From contig JAFLSU010000008.1 of NCBI GenBank assembly GCA_022510765.1, positions 1,991-65,990 of the forward strand: a DNA stretch of 64,000 nucleotides. Direction: 5' to 3'. Below are positions 61,776-64,000 of the stretch, piece after piece. The position numbers and the translations under genes are program-made. A model generated the notes under the pieces. The model was not told the origin of the DNA and searched no databases. It saw nothing but the letters and a program-made list of their open reading frames with translations. Source of the stretch: Christensenellaceae bacterium. Its GTDB lineage: Bacteria > Bacillota > Clostridia > Christensenellales > CAG-138. Numbering within the stretch: the first letter of the stretch is position 1; every line of letters begins with the position of its first letter.

Positions 61776-62786
61776 TTACTCAAAAAAATTGTTAAATTCC
61801 GGCGTATATCCCTCGTTCGCCGATGACAGCTTTTGAGTATAAATATTGGTAAAGCCAAGCGATAAAGCATAATCCACCGCTCTCATATACTCCCGGCGCA
61901 GAAGCCGTCTGTTGAGTGGCGGCTTAAGCTCAAACATCGGCGTATACTGGCTCATCAGCGAAACGCATGTGTCTATTGGGAAATTGTCATGAATAAAATC
62001 CAGCACTCCCCTTGTTTCATCAACGGAACCCGGCAAGACAAGATGGCGAATTATAAGACCATTTCGTGCTATTCCTTCGTCATCCGTCACCAGTGCGCCG
62101 CACTGCCGCTGCATTTCAAGCACTGCCAATGACGCGACTTCGAAATAATTTGATCTGCCGCTGTACATTTGGGAAACGGCAGAATGAATGTACTTCAAGT
62201 CCGGCAGATATATGTCAATTAGTCCGTCCAATCTGCGCAGCGTATCGACCTTTTCGTATGAGTTTGTGTTATACACAATCGGTATTGTCAAGCCCCTGCT
62301 ACTTGCAAGTGGAATCGCCTTTTCAAGAAGCCTTACGTGGGGCGATGGGGTGACAAGGTTTATGTTATGCGAACCAAGTTCCTGCAAGCGAAGCATGATA
62401 TTACAAAGCTCCAAAGCATCCACGGGTACACCGCTCTGCGCGTGGCTTATTCCCATGTTCTGGCAAAAGATACACGCCATATTGCAGCCGGAGAAGAATA
62501 TCGCTCCGCTGCCGCGCGTCCCCGAGATGGGCGGCTCCTCATAATAATGCCGCGCCGCCCTTGCTACAAGAGCGATTTCATTAGGTTCGGCATCGCGTGA
62601 TGCGTTGGCATCGTCAAAACCGCTAACACTGCCCAAACCGTCAATACCGCCAAAACCGCCAACGCCGCAAAGCCCAACTTCCACGGTTCTATCCGCACCG
62701 CATTCCAACGGACAGAGTTTACAAACCTTCGCCGTTATCGGTCTATTCACTTTATCCATAGTCAGTTCACGAATGGAGTCTGTCAT
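61776..62786 (-). CDS. PflX-like radical SAM protein
   Basis: CKLCPLECG, EEPPISG, GAIFFSGCNMACIFCQN, IDIYLPDLKY, IRHLVLPG. Confidence 0.88.
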   Translation of the reverse strand: MTDSIRELTMDKVNRPITAKVCKLCPLECGADRTVEVGLCGVGGFGGIDGLGSVSGFDDANASRDAEPNEIALVARAARHYYEEPPISGTRGSGAIFFSGCNMACIFCQNMGISHAQSGVPVDALELCNIMLRLQELGSHNINLVTPSPHVRLLEKAIPLASSRGLTIPIVYNTNSYEKVDTLRRLDGLIDIYLPDLKYIHSAVSQMYSGRSNYFEVASLAVLEMQRQCGALVTDDEGIARNGLIIRHLVLPGSVDETRGVLDFIHDNFPIDTCVSLMSQYTPMFELKPPLNRRLLRREYMRAVDYALSLGFTNIYTQKLSSANEGYTPEFNNFFE

Positions 62787-62818
62787 AACGATTTAACATC
62801 ACCGGCTCAATCTTTTCC

Positions 62819-64000
62819 CTATTCGCCGATACTCCTCTCCGTCAATAACTTTGCTTCACGCCCTATGGTGAATCGGAAGCTTATCATGCCGTCATGGTGT
62901 TCAACGGAGATGCTTTCGCCAAGAAGGTTAAGCACCTCCGAAACGATGGCAAGACCTATCCCGGTGCCCTCGCCCGAATGCGCCCTGTCCGCCTTATAGA
63001 AGCGCTCGAACAGATGAGCTATATCCTCCTCGCAAATATCGGCTGGGTTGCTGACGCACATCACATACGCATTGCGATCTTCATCACATTCCATAGAAAT
63101 ATCAACATTGCACCCATCGGTTCCATGCTTGACCGCGTTGTCAACAAGCGCAATGAGCACTTGTTCGATCCTGTCCGCATTGGAATAGGCATAATATTCT
63201 CCCTCGGAAATTTTCAACCTCACGGTCTTATCGCGTAACTTTGCGGCATCGTTCATCCTGTCAGCAACGTCGTACGCAATCTCGTACAGTTCGACCCTGC
63301 CCTTAGTAAATGCAACGCCGCCGCTTTGAAGCCTTGAAAGCTCCAACAGATCATCGATAAGGTGGGATAGACGAATCGATTCACGCAGGACATAGCCGTA
63401 GTAACGTTTTTTATCGTCCTCGTTTGCAATCATTCCGTCGTTTAGCGCGTCAGCAAGGCTTCGGATGGACGCAAGCGGAGTTCTTAGCTCATGGCTTACA
63501 TTCGCAACATAATCCCTTCGCGTCTGTTCAAGCCTCTCGCTCTCCGTAATATCACGCATGAGCGCGACCGCGCCGCAAAGCGCCCCGGCATCCTCGTAAA
63601 TCGGCGTAACGACTACGCTTATCATGCGCTCGCCCACCACAATATCCTTAGCCCTTCGCTCGTTTGAATCAAGAACCTCGAGAATGCATGTTGCAATGTA
63701 CGTATATTTAGGAAGCGCGGCAGGCCGTTGTCCTTCGTCTCCGCCGAGCAATTGCACCGATGCCGAGTTATAGTGTGTGATAACGCCATGCCTGTCGACC
63801 GAAATGATCCCCTCTCCAAGTCCATCAAGCACGGTCTGCAATCTATTGCGTTCGATAACGAGTTCATCGATGTTCGATTGCAATGCTCCAACGAGCGTAT
63901 TAAACGACCTCGCCAAATGTCTTGACTCAAAGCTTCCGGCTTCGACCGCTCGAACGCTCAGATCGCCTGCCGCCATCGAGAGGGCGACCTCCGAAACATG
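62819..64000 (-). CDS. Sensor histidine kinase (HAMP-PAS-HisKA-HATPase), 5' truncated
   Basis: ANVSHELRTPL, LVDNAVKH, FERFYKAD, GTGIGLAIV. Confidence 0.92.
   Translation of the reverse strand, partial: HVSEVALSMAAGDLSVRAVEAGSFESRHLARSFNTLVGALQSNIDELVIERNRLQTVLDGLGEGIISVDRHGVITHYNSASVQLLGGDEGQRPAALPKYTYIATCILEVLDSNERRAKDIVVGERMISVVVTPIYEDAGALCGAVALMRDITESERLEQTRRDYVANVSHELRTPLASIRSLADALNDGMIANEDDKKRYYGYVLRESIRLSHLIDDLLELSRLQSGGVAFTKGRVELYEIAYDVADRMNDAAKLRDKTVRLKISEGEYYAYSNADRIEQVLIALVDNAVKHGTDGCNVDISMECDEDRNAYVMCVSNPADICEEDIAHLFERFYKADRAHSGEGTGIGLAIVSEVLNLLGESISVEHHDGMISFRFTIGREAKLLTERSIGE

Overview
Chromosomal window from a Clostridia-like Firmicute, made mostly of housekeeping genes: SCIFF/ranthipeptide locus, recJ-apt-rel-dtd-hemZ, cdaA-cdaR, rnj-mltG-U32, ktrBA, and rlmD-pfkA-dnaE-whiA-rapZ-murB. 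The standout is an AT-rich cassette of about 2.4 kb at 43115-45611 holding what looks like a complete Ec67/Eco2-type retron: a sigma-A promoter, an msr-msd ncRNA closed by 12-bp inverted arms with a candidate branching G, and a 565-aa RT-TOPRIM fusion. The ncRNA 3' arm can alternatively fold over the RT ribosome-binding site. The cassette abuts a decayed tRNA-Pro and is bracketed by a 119-bp duplication of the MATE gene 5' end. A second AT-rich islet (NERD/Zn-finger, ProC-like, PhzF, CsaA) follows the rlmD 3' end. The ORF track missed the 47-aa SCIFF precursor. No CRISPR array, rRNA, intact tRNA, transposase or integrase was seen. All calls come from reading motifs by eye, with no database searches.
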